A stretch of 64,000 nucleotides of DNA from Lama glama (Eukaryota): contig CM052816.1 of NCBI GenBank assembly GCA_028534125.1, positions 22,632,001-22,696,000 of the forward strand, read 5' to 3'. How positions within the stretch are numbered: the stretch's first letter is position 1; each line of letters opens with the position of its first letter. The notes below the pieces were generated by a model. That model was not told where the DNA came from, searched no databases, and saw only the letters and a list, made by a program, of their open reading frames with translations. The position numbers and the translations under genes are program-made. Below are positions 25,950 to 38,280 of this stretch, piece by piece.

Positions 25950-27186
25950 ACAGAATTAAAGCACTAGGTATCTATCTCCTCAACCAGACAACAATTACAC
26001 CGTCAGAATATAATATAATCATTTCAGAACTCTGGAGTCTGTTGAAGGCCTGAAACTTTCAGGGAAAGGAGTTGTAAGCTGAGGTTAACTTCAGTTAATT
26101 TTTACCTCTTGGCACAGTGGCAGGTACCCATTTCTCACTCAAAACTCCATGGCAGGCAGCTGTGTACGTGTTCCTAGAGCAGCCTGCGCACAGCTTGTGG
26201 AGCCAGTGGGAGCAAAAAGTATCTCGTCCTCCAAATATTAGGAATCTGTGCTCTGATTGCTGATTGCTGCTGCTCATCACAGAAGGGCAGGTGAAGAGGC
26301 CACTGGTCACTGTTAAATGTAATCCCCATGGTAACCACAAAGAAAATAGCTATAGAACACATACAAAGGAAGAGAAAGGAACTTAAAAAGTTTCACTACA
26401 AAAAAATCAACTATATTTTAAAGAAGACAATAACACAGGAAATGAAGGACAAAAAAGCTGTAAGACATACAGAGAACAAATACTACAGTGACAAGTCCCT
26501 TCTTATCAGTAATTAATTTTATAAGTAAAAGGATTAAGCTCTCCAAACAAAAGACAGAGATTGGCAGAAAGGATTAAATAAATGATCCAACTTCATGCTG
26601 TCTACAAGAGACTCACTTTAGATTAAAAGACACAAATAAACTTAAAAAAGAAAGGACAGAAAAAGATATTTCATGAAAAGAGCAAACAAAAAAAGAGCAG
26701 TGGTATCTAAAGTAATACCACAGGAAAAGGACTTTAAATAAAAAACACCTATAAGAGACAAAGAAGGATATTAAATATTATAAAGGTTCAAATATAGCAA
26801 GAAGATATAACAATTATAAACATTTAGGGAACTAAACATCTATGATACAAAGATGATCAGAATTAAAAGGAGAAATAGACAATTTTACAACAATAGTTGG
26901 AGACTTCAATACTCCACTGTCAATAATGGATAGAAAAACCTGCAGAAGCTAAGTAAGGAACCAGAGAGCTTAAACAACACAACATACCAACTGGTCTAAG
27001 AGACAAATACAGAAAACTATACACAGCAACAACAGCAAACACACTCTTCTCAGGTGCACATGGAACATTTCCCAGAACACACCATTTGTTAGGTCATAAA
27101 TTAGTCTTAACAGACTTACAAAGACAGATATCATACAAAGTACTTTTCTGACCACAGCAGAATAAAGCTAAAAATGAGTAACAGAA
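25950..27186 (+). mobile_element. Older L1 (5'UTR-like piece, inter-ORF and ORF2 endonuclease region); host of a nested L1
   Basis: EN motifs tgctgtctacaagagactcactttag (CCLQETH), atagttggagacttcaatactccact (IVGDFNTP) and ttttctgaccacagcagaataaagcta (FSDH). Resumes at 31472. Confidence 0.9.
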
Positions 27187-30100
27187 GAGATCAGCCAAAA
27201 TGGTGGAACAGAAAGACCTTGAGCTCACGTCCTCTCAAGAGCAACCAAAACCACAAATATTTTCAGAACAACTGTGGATAAAAACGACTGGAACCTACCA
27301 GAAGGGATCTTCTACAACTAAAGATACAAAGAAGGAACCATGAAATGAATAGGAGGGGCAGAGTTGTGGTACCCATACCACTGGGTGGGCGACCCAGAAA
27401 TGGGAGAATAATTACAATTTCAGTTCTGAGTCCCACATTGAGCTACTCAGCCCAGGGGTCCTGTACCAAGAAGATGAGCCCCAGCATATGTGGTTTTTTA
27501 AGGCCAGTAGGGCTTACTTTCAGGAGACCCAGAAGTCTGTGGGAAATAGAGACTCCAGTCCTAAGGTTCATACAAAATCTTACATGCTCCAGGACCCAGG
27601 ATAGGAGTAGTAATTTGAAAGCTCATGTCAGACATACCTGTTGATTATGGAGTGTCTCCTGGAGGGGCAGGGAGGCAACTGCAGCTCACTCTGGGGAAAC
27701 AGACACTGGTGGCATCCATTTTAAGGATTCATTCTACCACATGACACTGGTGCTGGCAATAGCCATTTTCGTATTCTCTGTACAGCTAACTAGCTTCAGG
27801 ACCCAGCCCAGTCCACACCAGCCCATAGGCACCAGTACTGGGACACCACAGGCCAAGAAACTAACTGGGTGGGGCTCCACCCATCAACAGACAGACTGCT
27901 TTAAGACTCCCTGAGACCACATATGCTCCTGGATACAGCCCTACCCATCAGAGGGCCCAGGACCCAGGCCCACATACCAATGCACAGGCACTAGACCTGG
28001 GATTTCCAGGGCCCTGCAGCCAGAGACCCCAAGATCCAGCTTAGTCCACCAGTGGGCAGTACCACCCCAGAATCCCCAACCCTGCTGACAAATGAGCCAG
28101 CTCTAGCCTTGGGGCCAGCCTCTCCCACCAGCAGGCAGATACCAATTTCAAGACAACTGAAGCCCTGCAGCCAGTGGACCAACAAACCCACTAGCAGGAC
28201 CCACCTCCAAGGACCCACTGGACCACGGTCTTGGTCACCATCAAGCTAACACAAACTTGGAGGCACCCCAGACGTCACAGCCAGTAGTGTCAGGAACCAG
28301 CTCCACCCAACAGCATTTCAACAGCAACTCTGGGACCCCTGTGTCCTATATTCAGACCACAGGGCTTGGTCCTGTCCACCACTGGGACAACACTAGCCCA
28401 GAATCTGGCTTTACCCACCAGGAGGTGGGCATTAGCCCCAGGATACCCTGGACCCCAACTCCACCTAAAAGTGAGCCAGTACTGGCTCTGGGAACACCGA
28501 GTCCCGCAGGCAGCCACCTCATGACCCATCCTCACCAACCAGCAACCAGTAAGCTCCACTAAAGGCAAGGCTTAGCAACCAAATACGCCAGCAAGGCCTA
28601 CAAGACAGCCCACAGTAGTCAGCATGTCAAAACAGAAGGACCCATGCAGCCTACACAGGGGGCACCCCCAGAGCATATACCTCTGGTGACCAGAAGAGAT
28701 TATGCTGCTGGGACTCAGGACTCTTACAAAAGGCTTCTTCCCCAAGGATGGGAAATGTAACCAACCTACCAGATATGTAGAAATAAAACAGCAATTTAAG
28801 GAAAATGAGGTGACAGAGGAATATGTTACAAACGAAGGAACAAGATAAAACCCCAGAAAAACTAAGTGAAGTAGAGATAGGCAATCTACCTGAGAAAGGG
28901 TTCAAAGTAATGATCGTAAAGATGATCAAAGAAATTGGAAGAACAATGGATGCATAGAGCAAGAAGTTAAAAGTTTTTAATAAAGAGTTAGAAAATATCA
29001 AGAACAACAAAAAAGAGAGGTGAAGAATACAATAAATGAAATGAAAATACACTAGAAGGAATCAAAACATAGGGTAGGAAAAAACACTATAAGAAAAAAA
29101 ACTGCAAACAACATTAAAATGTGGAGACTAAATAATACGCTACTAAACAACCAACACATTACTGAAAAATATCAAAGAAGAAACTAAAAAATACCTGGAA
29201 ACAAATGAAAATGAAAATACAGTGATCCAAAATCTATGGGATGCAGAGAAAGCAGTTCTAAGAGGGAAGTTAACAGCAATACAAGTCTACTCCAGGAAAC
29301 AAGAAAAATCTCAAATGAACAACCTAACCTTACACCTAAATGAACTAGAAAAAGAAGAACAAACAAAATCCAAAGTTAGTAGAAGGAAAGAAATTATAAA
29401 TAAAATAAATACAAAAAACATAAATGAAACAGAGTCTAAAAAAAACCAAAGAAAAGATCAATGACACTAAGAGCAGCTCCTTTGAAAAAATAAACAAAAT
29501 TGACAAACCGTTAGCCAGAAAAGAAAAAATAGGGTGGGTCCATCAAGAAAAAATAGGGTGGGTCCAAATCAATAAAGTCAGAAGTGAAAAAGGAAAAGTT
29601 ACAAGCAACACCACAGAAATACAAAGGAGTATTAAGAGATTATTATGAACAATTATACACCAATAAAATGGACAACCTACAAAAAAAGGGACAAATTCCT
29701 AGAAATGTACAATCTTGTATGACTGAACTGAAAAGAAATAGAAAATATGAAAAAAAAAACAATTACCAGTAATGAAATGGAATCAGTAATAAAGATACTC
29801 CCCTAAAATAAAAGTCTAGAACCAGATGGTTCACAGATGAATTCTATTAAATATTTTGACAAAAATTAATAGTTATACTTCTCAAAATGTTCCAAAAAAT
29901 TGCAGAGGAAGGAATACTTCCTAATTTGTTCTATGAGGCCAGCATCACTCTGATACCACTCCCATGGAAAGATGTCACAAAAAAGGAAAATGATAGGCCA
30001 ATATCACTGGTGAACATCGATAGGAAAATCCTTAACAAAATACTAGCAAACCAAATTCAGTGATAAATTAAAAGCATGTATCATACACCATGGTCAAGTG

Positions 30101-31471
30101 AGCTTTTCCAAGGGATACAATGACAGTTCAACATCCACAAATCAATCAGTGTGACACACTATATTAACACATGAAGGCATAAAAATCACATAATCATCTC
30201 AATAGATGTAGAAAAGTTTTTTGACAAATTTAAGATCAATTTATGATAAAAACTCTCCACAAAGTGGTATGGGGGGAATAATCCTCAACATACTACAGGT
30301 CATTTATGACAAACTCACACCTAATATCATACTCAATGGTGAAAAGCTGAAAGCATTTCCTCTGAGATCAGGAACAAGACAAGGAAATCCACTTTTGCCA
30401 CTTTTACAACATTATTGGAAGCCCTAGCCATAGAAATCATACAAGAAATAGAAATAAAAGGCATCCATATTGGAAAGGAAAAAGTAAAAGTGTTACTGTT
30501 TGAAGATGACATACCATACATAGAAAAATCCCAAAGACAACACCACCAACAAAAAAACTACTACAACTCATGAGTGAATTCAATAATGTTGCAGGGTACC
30601 AAAAAAAAAAAAAGTCTGTTGGGTTTCTATACACTAACAATGAACTATCAGAAAGAAAAACTACGCATGGAATCAAAAAGAATAAAGTACTTAGGAAGAA
30701 ATCTAACTAAATAGGTAAACAATCTATACTTTGAAAATTATAAGGCACTGATGTTAGAAATTCAAGATGACACAAGCAAATGGAAAGACATACTATGTTC
30801 ATGGACTGGAAGAATCAGTATTGTTAAAATGACCATATTACTCAAGGCAATCTACAGATTCAATGCAATCTGTATCAAAATACCAATGGCATTTTTCACA
30901 GAATTAGAACAAACAATTCTAAAAATTTTTGGAAACAGAAAACCTTGAATAGCCTCCATTAATAATAGCCCCCCCAAAAATAAAAAAAAGAATAAAAAAA
31001 TTTTAAAAAACAAAAACAAAAATGAATGGATAAAGATGTGGTATGGAATACAGCTCAACCATAAAAAAGAATGAAATCTTGCCATTTGAAACAACATGAA
31101 TGGACCTGGAGGGTATAATTGCTTAGTGAAATAAGTCAGACAGAGAAAGACAAATACTGCATGTTATCACTTATATGTGGAATCTAAAAAATAAAACAGA
31201 CTGGTGAATATAAGGAAAAAGAGACAGACTCACAGATGTAGAGAACAAACACCTGGCTACAGTATGAGAGGGAAGTGGGAAGGGGCAAGTATTAAGAGGT
31301 ATAAACCACTATGTGTAAAATAAATAAGCTATAAGGATATACTGTACATGACAGGGAATATGGCCAATATTTAATAATATTTATAAATGAATTATAATCT
31401 ATAAAATTTTAAATCACTATGTTCTATACCTGAAACTAATATATTATAAATCAACTATACCTCAATATAAA
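27187..31471 (+). mobile_element. Nested L1 with both termini (GC-rich 5'UTR, ORF1 start, ORF2 middle, 3'UTR) and two large internal deletions
   Basis: 5' end ccaaaatggtggaacagaaagaccttgagctcac and ORF1 ATG at 28805. ORF2 remnants [38 protein letters not shown] and [30 protein letters not shown]. 3' end tcaactatacctcaatataaaaaa. TSD 13/16 at 27171-27186 / 31472-31487. Confidence 0.93.
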
Positions 31472-31740
31472 AAAATTAATAATAGAACTAAAACTGTAAA
31501 AGTCACAAATTTGTGGACCTTAACAATATACTTTAAAATAACAAATGGATCAAAAGAAAATCACAAGGGAAATTAGAAAATATTTAAGAGATGAATGAAA
31601 ATGAAACATATCAAAACTTAAGGGACTCAGTGAAAGTGGTATCTAGCTGAAAATTTATAGCTATAAATGCTTACGTTAAAAATAAGAGCTCAAATCAGTC
31701 TCCTAACATTACAACCTAAGAAATTAGAAAAGAAGAGTGA
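31472..31740 (+). mobile_element. Continuation of the host L1 ORF2 after the nested insertion
   Basis: aaaagtcacaaatttgtggaccttaacaatatac...gaaattagaaaatatttaagagatgaatgaaaatg follows colinearly from the FSDH region at 27150-27186. Confidence 0.88.
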
Positions 31741-31867
31741 ATTTAGATTAATTTATTATCTATTTCCATTAATTCTAATAGTTTAGTTCTCCAGTGTTCT
31801 AATTCTGCAATTGAATACTTCTAGTTAACTGACTTATAGTTGCTTGTTTCTCCATGTATTTTGTGAT

Positions 31868-31936
31868 TGGTGTGTGTGTGTGTGTGCATGTGTGTGTGTG
31901 TGAGAGAGAGAGACAGACAGACAGACAGAGGGAGAG
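31868..31936. repeat. Compound (TG)n(AG)n(ACAG)n microsatellite
   Basis: Read directly. Confidence 0.92.
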
Positions 31937-32520
31937 ATTTGGTTATTGTTTATTGAGATCTTTCCTATTAGATTTCTTTGAAGACTGAGTTGAGTGTATA
32001 ATCCTCTAGAGAGGATTTGTGTTTGCATAACTAGGTGAAACAAAATACATGGCTTAGGATTTCTCTGGGCCACAAAAGAGAAGTGAATTCTGGCTCCCAA
32101 ATCATTATGAAAGCCAGCTTGCAGCTACAAATTATTTAAGGAAGAATTTTTCCCTCCACCAGAACCACAGTCAGGACAGGCAAAATTCCTTACTATCTCT
32201 CTTTGCAGACATTTTTTTCTGATACTTTCTCTTGCTGTGGGTCATTTTTCAGTGATCCTGACTTTCTCCTGGAGTCTCTGACAAGTCCACTGGTCCCTGT
32301 CCTTGACCTATTAGAATTACAGCTCCAGGCCACCAGGATATCTGCATATTTGCCCAGGGCAGTTGCTGGCTTCAGTACTGGCTGACTGATGATTTATATG
32401 TATCAATGAACTCCAATTTCCTTTACATCCTTGTCAGTCCCGCTATGCATGTAAAGAGATGTGGATGTGTCTATAAAGCATTTTCAGTGTTCATAAACTA
32501 TTCAATCTATAATATTGCTG

Positions 32521-32660
32521 GGGGGGAGGGTACAGCTCAGCAGTAGGACACATGCTTAGCATGCATGAGGTCAGGTTCAATCCCCAGTACCTCCATTAAA
32601 AATTAATGAATAAATCTAATTACCTCCCCCCTCAAACAAAAAACAAAACAAAACAAACAT
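32521..32660 (+). mobile_element. tRNA-Ala-derived camelid SINE (Vic-1 type)
   Basis: gggagggtacagctcagcagtag...catgcttagcatgcatgaggtcaggttcaatccccagtacctcca, with tail aataaatctaattacctcccccc plus A-rich run. Degenerate TSD (aatattgct/aagattgct). Confidence 0.9.
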
Positions 32661-33094
32661 ACAAGATTGCTAGGAATGAAAGTTTTCACTCATTGGATTT
32701 TCATTTTAAAGGCTGAGGTAGAACACTTTTGAACACTACCATGGAAAATACATTTTTCTCCTCCTCTATACAGGGCCATGACTATACTTTAAGCCCTAAG
32801 AAAAATTACCAGAACATTCATCTTTCATACCCTCTTAATTCTATTTTTTCCATCACTTAGTATCTTCCTTTCTCTTCTCTCCCCTCCGCTCTCTACTGTC
32901 TTCAAGCAAATGGGCCCCTCTGCTGCCTCCCCTTCATAGCAGCACCCTGCCCAAATTTCAGAACTAATTTTCACTTCTCCCTCTTTCATCAAAACTCTAC
33001 TTCTCCTCAGGTCTTCTTGAAACTTCAAGCTATTGTTCAGCTTGCTTAATCATTAAGGTTATTTGCCACATTAGTACTCCAAGAGTACTTTATA

Positions 33095-33219
33095 TTTTTT
33101 GGGGGTAGGGGTAATTAGGTTTATTTATTTATTTATTCTAATGGAGGTACTGGGAACTGAACCCAGGACTTCATGAATGCTAAGCACACACTCTACCACT
33201 GAGCTATAACTTCCTCCCC
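33095..33219 (-). mobile_element. tRNA-Ala-derived camelid SINE (Vic-1 type)
   Basis: Reverse complement reads ggggaggaagttatagctcagtggtagagtgtgtgcttagcattcatgaagtcctgggttcagttcccagtacctcca...aaacctaattacccc. Confidence 0.9.
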
Positions 33220-33941
33220 AAAGTATCTCATGTTTAAAATGTATATTTTTTACATATATCCAGTCCCCTAGTTGATAAAATCCAAGGTAGTTTTTAAAAG
33301 TAAAGATAATGCAAAAGGAATGTCATTTTGAGGTCAGGGATTTCTCCCCCTGTCCGTAAATAACACACACAGCAATCTATCTCCCACATAACGCTAGCAA
33401 CATACTTACAGCTGGTATAAAGGTCAGGAGTCCTTTAAGAGTAAATGTTTAAATTAGACAAAATATCTAGAAGAGTTAAAAAGAATAAAAATGGAAAGTT
33501 ACAGAATAAGCTATAATATAGGATACATTCATTTCATGTTTTTGTTAATGAAGCAAAAAGAAAAAATGTAAGTATCAAATCAGTCACATGGGCTGATGAT
33601 ACAAGATTAAGATGTGGCACCAGTGGCATGAAGAGAAAAAAGAATTCAAAGGCTCTAAGTTGAAAATAGAGGCAGAAAAAGTCAGTGGGCTTTGGGATTA
33701 CTGTAAACAAACTACCACATCGTATAAAACATAAAGACACTGTATAGAGGAAATATGGGAAATCTCAGTACAGAAAGGCAGATGCTGAGGGGAAAGGGAA
33801 AAGTGATAATAGAGAAGCCATTAGCAATGTGAATGAAATAGCACCAACGTAGAGGAAAGGAGACAAAAACCCTCTAACAGTGACACTGCAGTGTCAAAAA
33901 GACACAAAACCACAGTGTTATTTTGGACTTTGGAACATTTG

Positions 33942-33962
33942 AGCAGCAGCAGCAGCAGCAAC
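33942..33962. repeat. Short (CAG)n repeat
   Basis: agcagcagcagcagcagca read directly. Confidence 0.85.
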
Positions 33963-34877
33963 ACAAACAATTAAAGAGAAATGATTTCAGGGAAAACCCT
34001 GGAGTTACACCTTGGGGAAGGTTTATTAATAGAAGCACAACTTTCTGGGTGGTTTTATTTAGTTTTATCCTTACCTTAAAGAACACCCCAGCAAAGAAAG
34101 CAGTCACCCCTGAGAACAAAGTACTCTGCCCAGAGCTCATGTAAAATAAATTCGAACCTTGGATGCTGCCCCCAGGAGTACATTCCTGATCCTACGTGGG
34201 CTTTCCTTGCCCAGTAATGACAGACCAGCTAGCAGGGAGAGCAAGAGGAAAGCACTACCCACCACCACTCAGCAACATGCGGGCCCAAGTGGGTATTGGC
34301 TCCCCCTTTCCCTCACAGAATTCTCCCCTTCTATCCATCCCAAACTCCCTTCTTGTACATAAAAGCGTGAACCTCTCTTCTACTACTCCACATTCCCTAC
34401 CGCCAGCCTTGCTAAACTGAGGATCCTCATTTGAACCACAGAAAAACAACTTGAGAGATTATCTTCTCAGTTCTCCCAAGGATCATACCAGCTAGTCACA
34501 TTCCAAAAGCGTAAGAGAGAATTTATTACCTGCAACAGATGCCGTAGGGCATTAGAGCCTAATGTTCACAGTTCTTGGGTCCTTTGTTCCATTCTGTTCT
34601 TCTATGTGATCCCCAGTTCCCAATACAATCATCAAGAAACAAGCCTAGCCTTGGCTCCTACAGTGTATACACCATTTTCCCAGCTATTCCAGCATAACCA
34701 TCTCACAGCTGGCCACATCAGAGTCCAACACTGAATCTGAGGGACAAGTGGCAACTAAAATGTTGAAGCACCTTAAAATATATATATTTTTTCATTTAAA
34801 TGTCAAGAAGTGCTTGATGACATGGGGATTCTAAAGTGTAAGACACAGTCTTTACCTTCAGTAGCGTGCCAACTGGC

Positions 34878-35125
34878 TGTGGAGCAGCATGACGGTATAA
34901 AGGACAGACCATGGGCTTGGGAGTCAGCCAGGCCCATCCTTGATCCACAGATTTGCCTCTGACTATTTGTAAGATGCTTCCTACAATTTTACAATATTAT
35001 GTTTCCTTATCCCTCAAAATGGAAATATTAATACTACCTTGCTGGCTTGTTTTGAATAAAATATGAAATAGTATGCATACACAGAAGAAACAGTATTGTT
35101 ACATAACAATAAATGCTAGTTCCAT
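34878..35125 (+). mobile_element. MIR SINE, near full length
   Basis: catgggcttgggagtcagccagg...gtttccttatccctcaaaatggaaatattaatactacc...caataaatgctagtt. Confidence 0.75.
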
Positions 35126-35429
35126 TCTTCTAGAGAAACTAGACATGCCCACCTGAGAGAGGCAAGCAATTGTGCAAAAGCAATTACTGATAAATTCCCA
35201 GTGATAAATGATGTAGGCAATAAACACCATTATTCTAAGTACTATTATTGATAGAGGAAGTGCATTCTATTGTTGATAAGAACCAAATGATAAATGATGT
35301 ACTCATTAATACCCTTTCAGAGGAAGAAAAGGGTAACTCAGTGTGGACTCCACTGAACTTGAAAAGTAGGTGAGGTACAGATAGGGGAGCTTGATGGATG
35401 GGCATTATTTATTTTGTTTCTGACTTTGT

Positions 35430-36270
35430 TTCTTTATTTCTAATTAACATGCAATAAAATTAACTTCTTTGGTACCCAGTTCTATGATTTTTAACTCATA
35501 TACAGATTTGCATAACCAGCACCACAACCAGGATACTGAACAGTTTCACACCACCGCAAAACACCTCCATTGCTACTGCTTTGTAGTCACACCCTCCTCC
35601 TACCTCTAACTCCTAATAACCACCGGTATGTCCTCTGTCAATATCTTTTTTTCACAGCCTTGTCTTTCGAAGAATGTCAAATAAATGGAATCATACAGTA
35701 TACAACCTTTCGAGACCAGCTTCCTTCAATCAACATGTCTTTGATAAACCCATGTTGCTGCATGTTCTAATATATAATCCCTTTTTATTGCTGAGAAGGA
35801 TTGCATTCTATGGATGTACCACCATTCATCCATTCACCCACTGAAGTCCACTGGGTTACTTTCATGTTTTGGCTACTATAGAATCACTATAAGAATGTGT
35901 GCAGAGGTTTTTGTGTAAACATGTTTTCATTTCTCTAGGATAAATGGGATTGCTGGGTCATGTGGTAAATAACCCAGCATTAACTTTATGGGAAACTGCC
36001 AAACAGCTTTCCAGAATGGCTATACCATTTTACATTCTCATCAAGCAATGTATGAGAATTCCAGTTGCTCCACAAAGTCAGCACTCATTATTGTATTTTT
36101 TTTTAAAGTTTAGCCATTTTAATAGGTGTAGAGTGGTATTATATAATGGTTTTAATTTGCATTTCCCTAAAGGTTAATGGTGTTGAACACCTTTGCTTAT
36201 GCTTACCTGCCATCTCTATATCTTCTCTGGAGTATATTTTAATTTACTTTTAAACATTTTTCTTTTATGA
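35430..36270 (-). mobile_element. L1MC-like 3' portion (ORF2 end + 3'UTR)
   Basis: gaatgtcaaataaatggaatcatacagtat, ggaaactgccaaacagctttccagaatggctataccattttacattc and ggttttaatttgcatttcccta. Confidence 0.9.
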
Positions 36271-36306
36271 CATTTGTTGTTTTATTTCTTAATTATAAAA
36301 CTATAG

Positions 36307-36806
36307 NNNNNNNNNNNNNNNNNNNNNNNNNNNNNNNNNNNNNNNNNNNNNNNNNNNNNNNNNNNNNNNNNNNNNNNNNNNNNNNNNNNNNNNNNNNNNN
36401 NNNNNNNNNNNNNNNNNNNNNNNNNNNNNNNNNNNNNNNNNNNNNNNNNNNNNNNNNNNNNNNNNNNNNNNNNNNNNNNNNNNNNNNNNNNNNNNNNNNN
36501 NNNNNNNNNNNNNNNNNNNNNNNNNNNNNNNNNNNNNNNNNNNNNNNNNNNNNNNNNNNNNNNNNNNNNNNNNNNNNNNNNNNNNNNNNNNNNNNNNNNN
36601 NNNNNNNNNNNNNNNNNNNNNNNNNNNNNNNNNNNNNNNNNNNNNNNNNNNNNNNNNNNNNNNNNNNNNNNNNNNNNNNNNNNNNNNNNNNNNNNNNNNN
36701 NNNNNNNNNNNNNNNNNNNNNNNNNNNNNNNNNNNNNNNNNNNNNNNNNNNNNNNNNNNNNNNNNNNNNNNNNNNNNNNNNNNNNNNNNNNNNNNNNNNN
36801 NNNNNN
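36307..36806. other. Assembly gap (500 N)
   Basis: Run of n. Confidence 1.
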
Positions 36807-37768
36807 GAAATGCTGGCAGGTTTTAGAATATGGTGACAAGTTTTGTTTGGAGTGGACTGTCTTCACCTCCAACACCTTTGAGGACGGACTGGAGTGTGCT
36901 GCCTTCTATCCCCAAGTCTGCTGAGGGAGCTTCAGGGCACCCCTGTGAGAGCTTTGAAATGTGCTCCTGACCATTGGAGACAAAGAAGACTGGGGCCTGA
37001 AAGCTAAGTGGGGGCTCGGGATTGGGACTGCCTCCTGCCTGGAATTTTATAAGCTGACTAAGTGCTTGTCTGAAGAAGCCAAGAGAAGGTTGCTGCTTTG
37101 GGAATGGGTGGAGGGACGCCTCCATGTTTCACACGGGGGTATGTCAGAATGGAGCAAACATGGGTGAAAAGTAATCCTGTGTCCTGGCCAAGGGAACTAT
37201 GAGAGAAGGCTCAGCAGGAAACTATGAGGAACTCAAAAAGAACTCATGAGAGAAAAATCAGCTTCATCCATCTTCAGGCCCACCTTGAGGCAGCAGCTCT
37301 GTTAAGTCCAAAGAGAGTGAAGCCCCTAGCCAAGCAGTGCTCTCTCCCACCCCTCCCCTCTCTCCCACCCTTAACACACTGGCAGTTCCAAAATAGCAAT
37401 GAGTGAGAGACAGAGGAGGTGAGGTGGGAAAGAGCCAGAACCTCACCCCATACCCACAGCAGTCACCAACCTGGAGCAGTTTCAATATGGGAAATGGGCA
37501 AAGAATTGACCAAGGTCAGATCTTTATCATCACATGGTCACGACACTCTAATTACTGAATGGTGAGTGTGTCTGTGTCCTAAAGTGATTGCAGGACTGTC
37601 ACTTAACAGTGAGCAAAGAAATCATGGGACTGCTGGAGTTTTCCTCCAGGGACAGAAGAAGCTGTCACCACTAAACCAAGCTTAAACACAAAATGCTAAA
37701 TAAAAACAAAGCTGTGCTTTTACCATAATCCAAGCAGTGTTCTTTTTGAACACTGGTTGTGTATAACA
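36807..37768 (+). mobile_element. Ancient LTR (LTR78-like); 5' end in the gap
   Basis: GC-richer block ending atgggactgctggagttttcctccaggg...aaataaaaacaaagctgtgcttttac...actggttgtgtataaca, resembling the LTR78 3' end from recall. Confidence 0.5.
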
Positions 37769-37799
37769 TTGATTTACAGGCTTTTAAGTCATTTTAATG

Positions 37800-38280
37800 A
37801 TAAATATCACTCTGTTGATCATTTACAATGTATAAGACACTATGTTAAGCACATACTCTGTCAATCAAGTTTCTGGGGAGAAACAGAGACAGCCTAAGGG
37901 AATGCTGCAGGGCAAGGGTTCAGGAAAAATGCCCATTCTCACTCCTAGCCCCCTCTGATCTTCTGTCTGGGCTCCCTACTGGCCAAACCAAATGAGGCAA
38001 AGGACAAGGAAGCCTCTTGTGGTCCATGCAGGTCAGCCTCCTGGGAAGGAGCAATGGGGAGAAGGACAGAGAGTGGATCTGAATGGGCAAATAAAGGTAT
38101 CAGTGCACTTGTATATCTCATTTCATTTGCATAAGAGCTCTTATTATCCATACTTTGCAGATGAGGAAACTAAGGTCTAGAGAGATTAACCAGTTCAAGG
38201 TCAGAGGGTTACTAAGTGAAGAAGTCATATAGCATCCAATTCTGTCCAGAGCCTATGTTCAAAACCACTGCTACACTACC
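37800..38280 (-). mobile_element. MIR split by an MLT1 (MaLR) LTR at about 37860-38107
   Basis: MIR tail catttacaatgtataagacactatgttaagcac, then MLT1-type gagagtggatctgaatgggcaaataaaggtatcagtgca, then the MIR core resumes (ccatactttgcagatgaggaaactaaggtctagagagattaa). Confidence 0.7.

Noticed and set aside
27345..29052. Cluster of 65-133 aa ORFs in a GC-rich block, resembling a gene or promoter island
   Set aside because: This is the 5'UTR and the antisense of ORF1 of the nested L1; GC-rich sequence has few stop codons.
33923..34144. Poly-Q ORF
   Set aside because: Caused by a short CAG microsatellite, with no splice or homology support.
36267..36875. 189-aa and 197-aa ORFs (and 21902..22111)
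   Set aside because: Artefacts of translating through N gaps.
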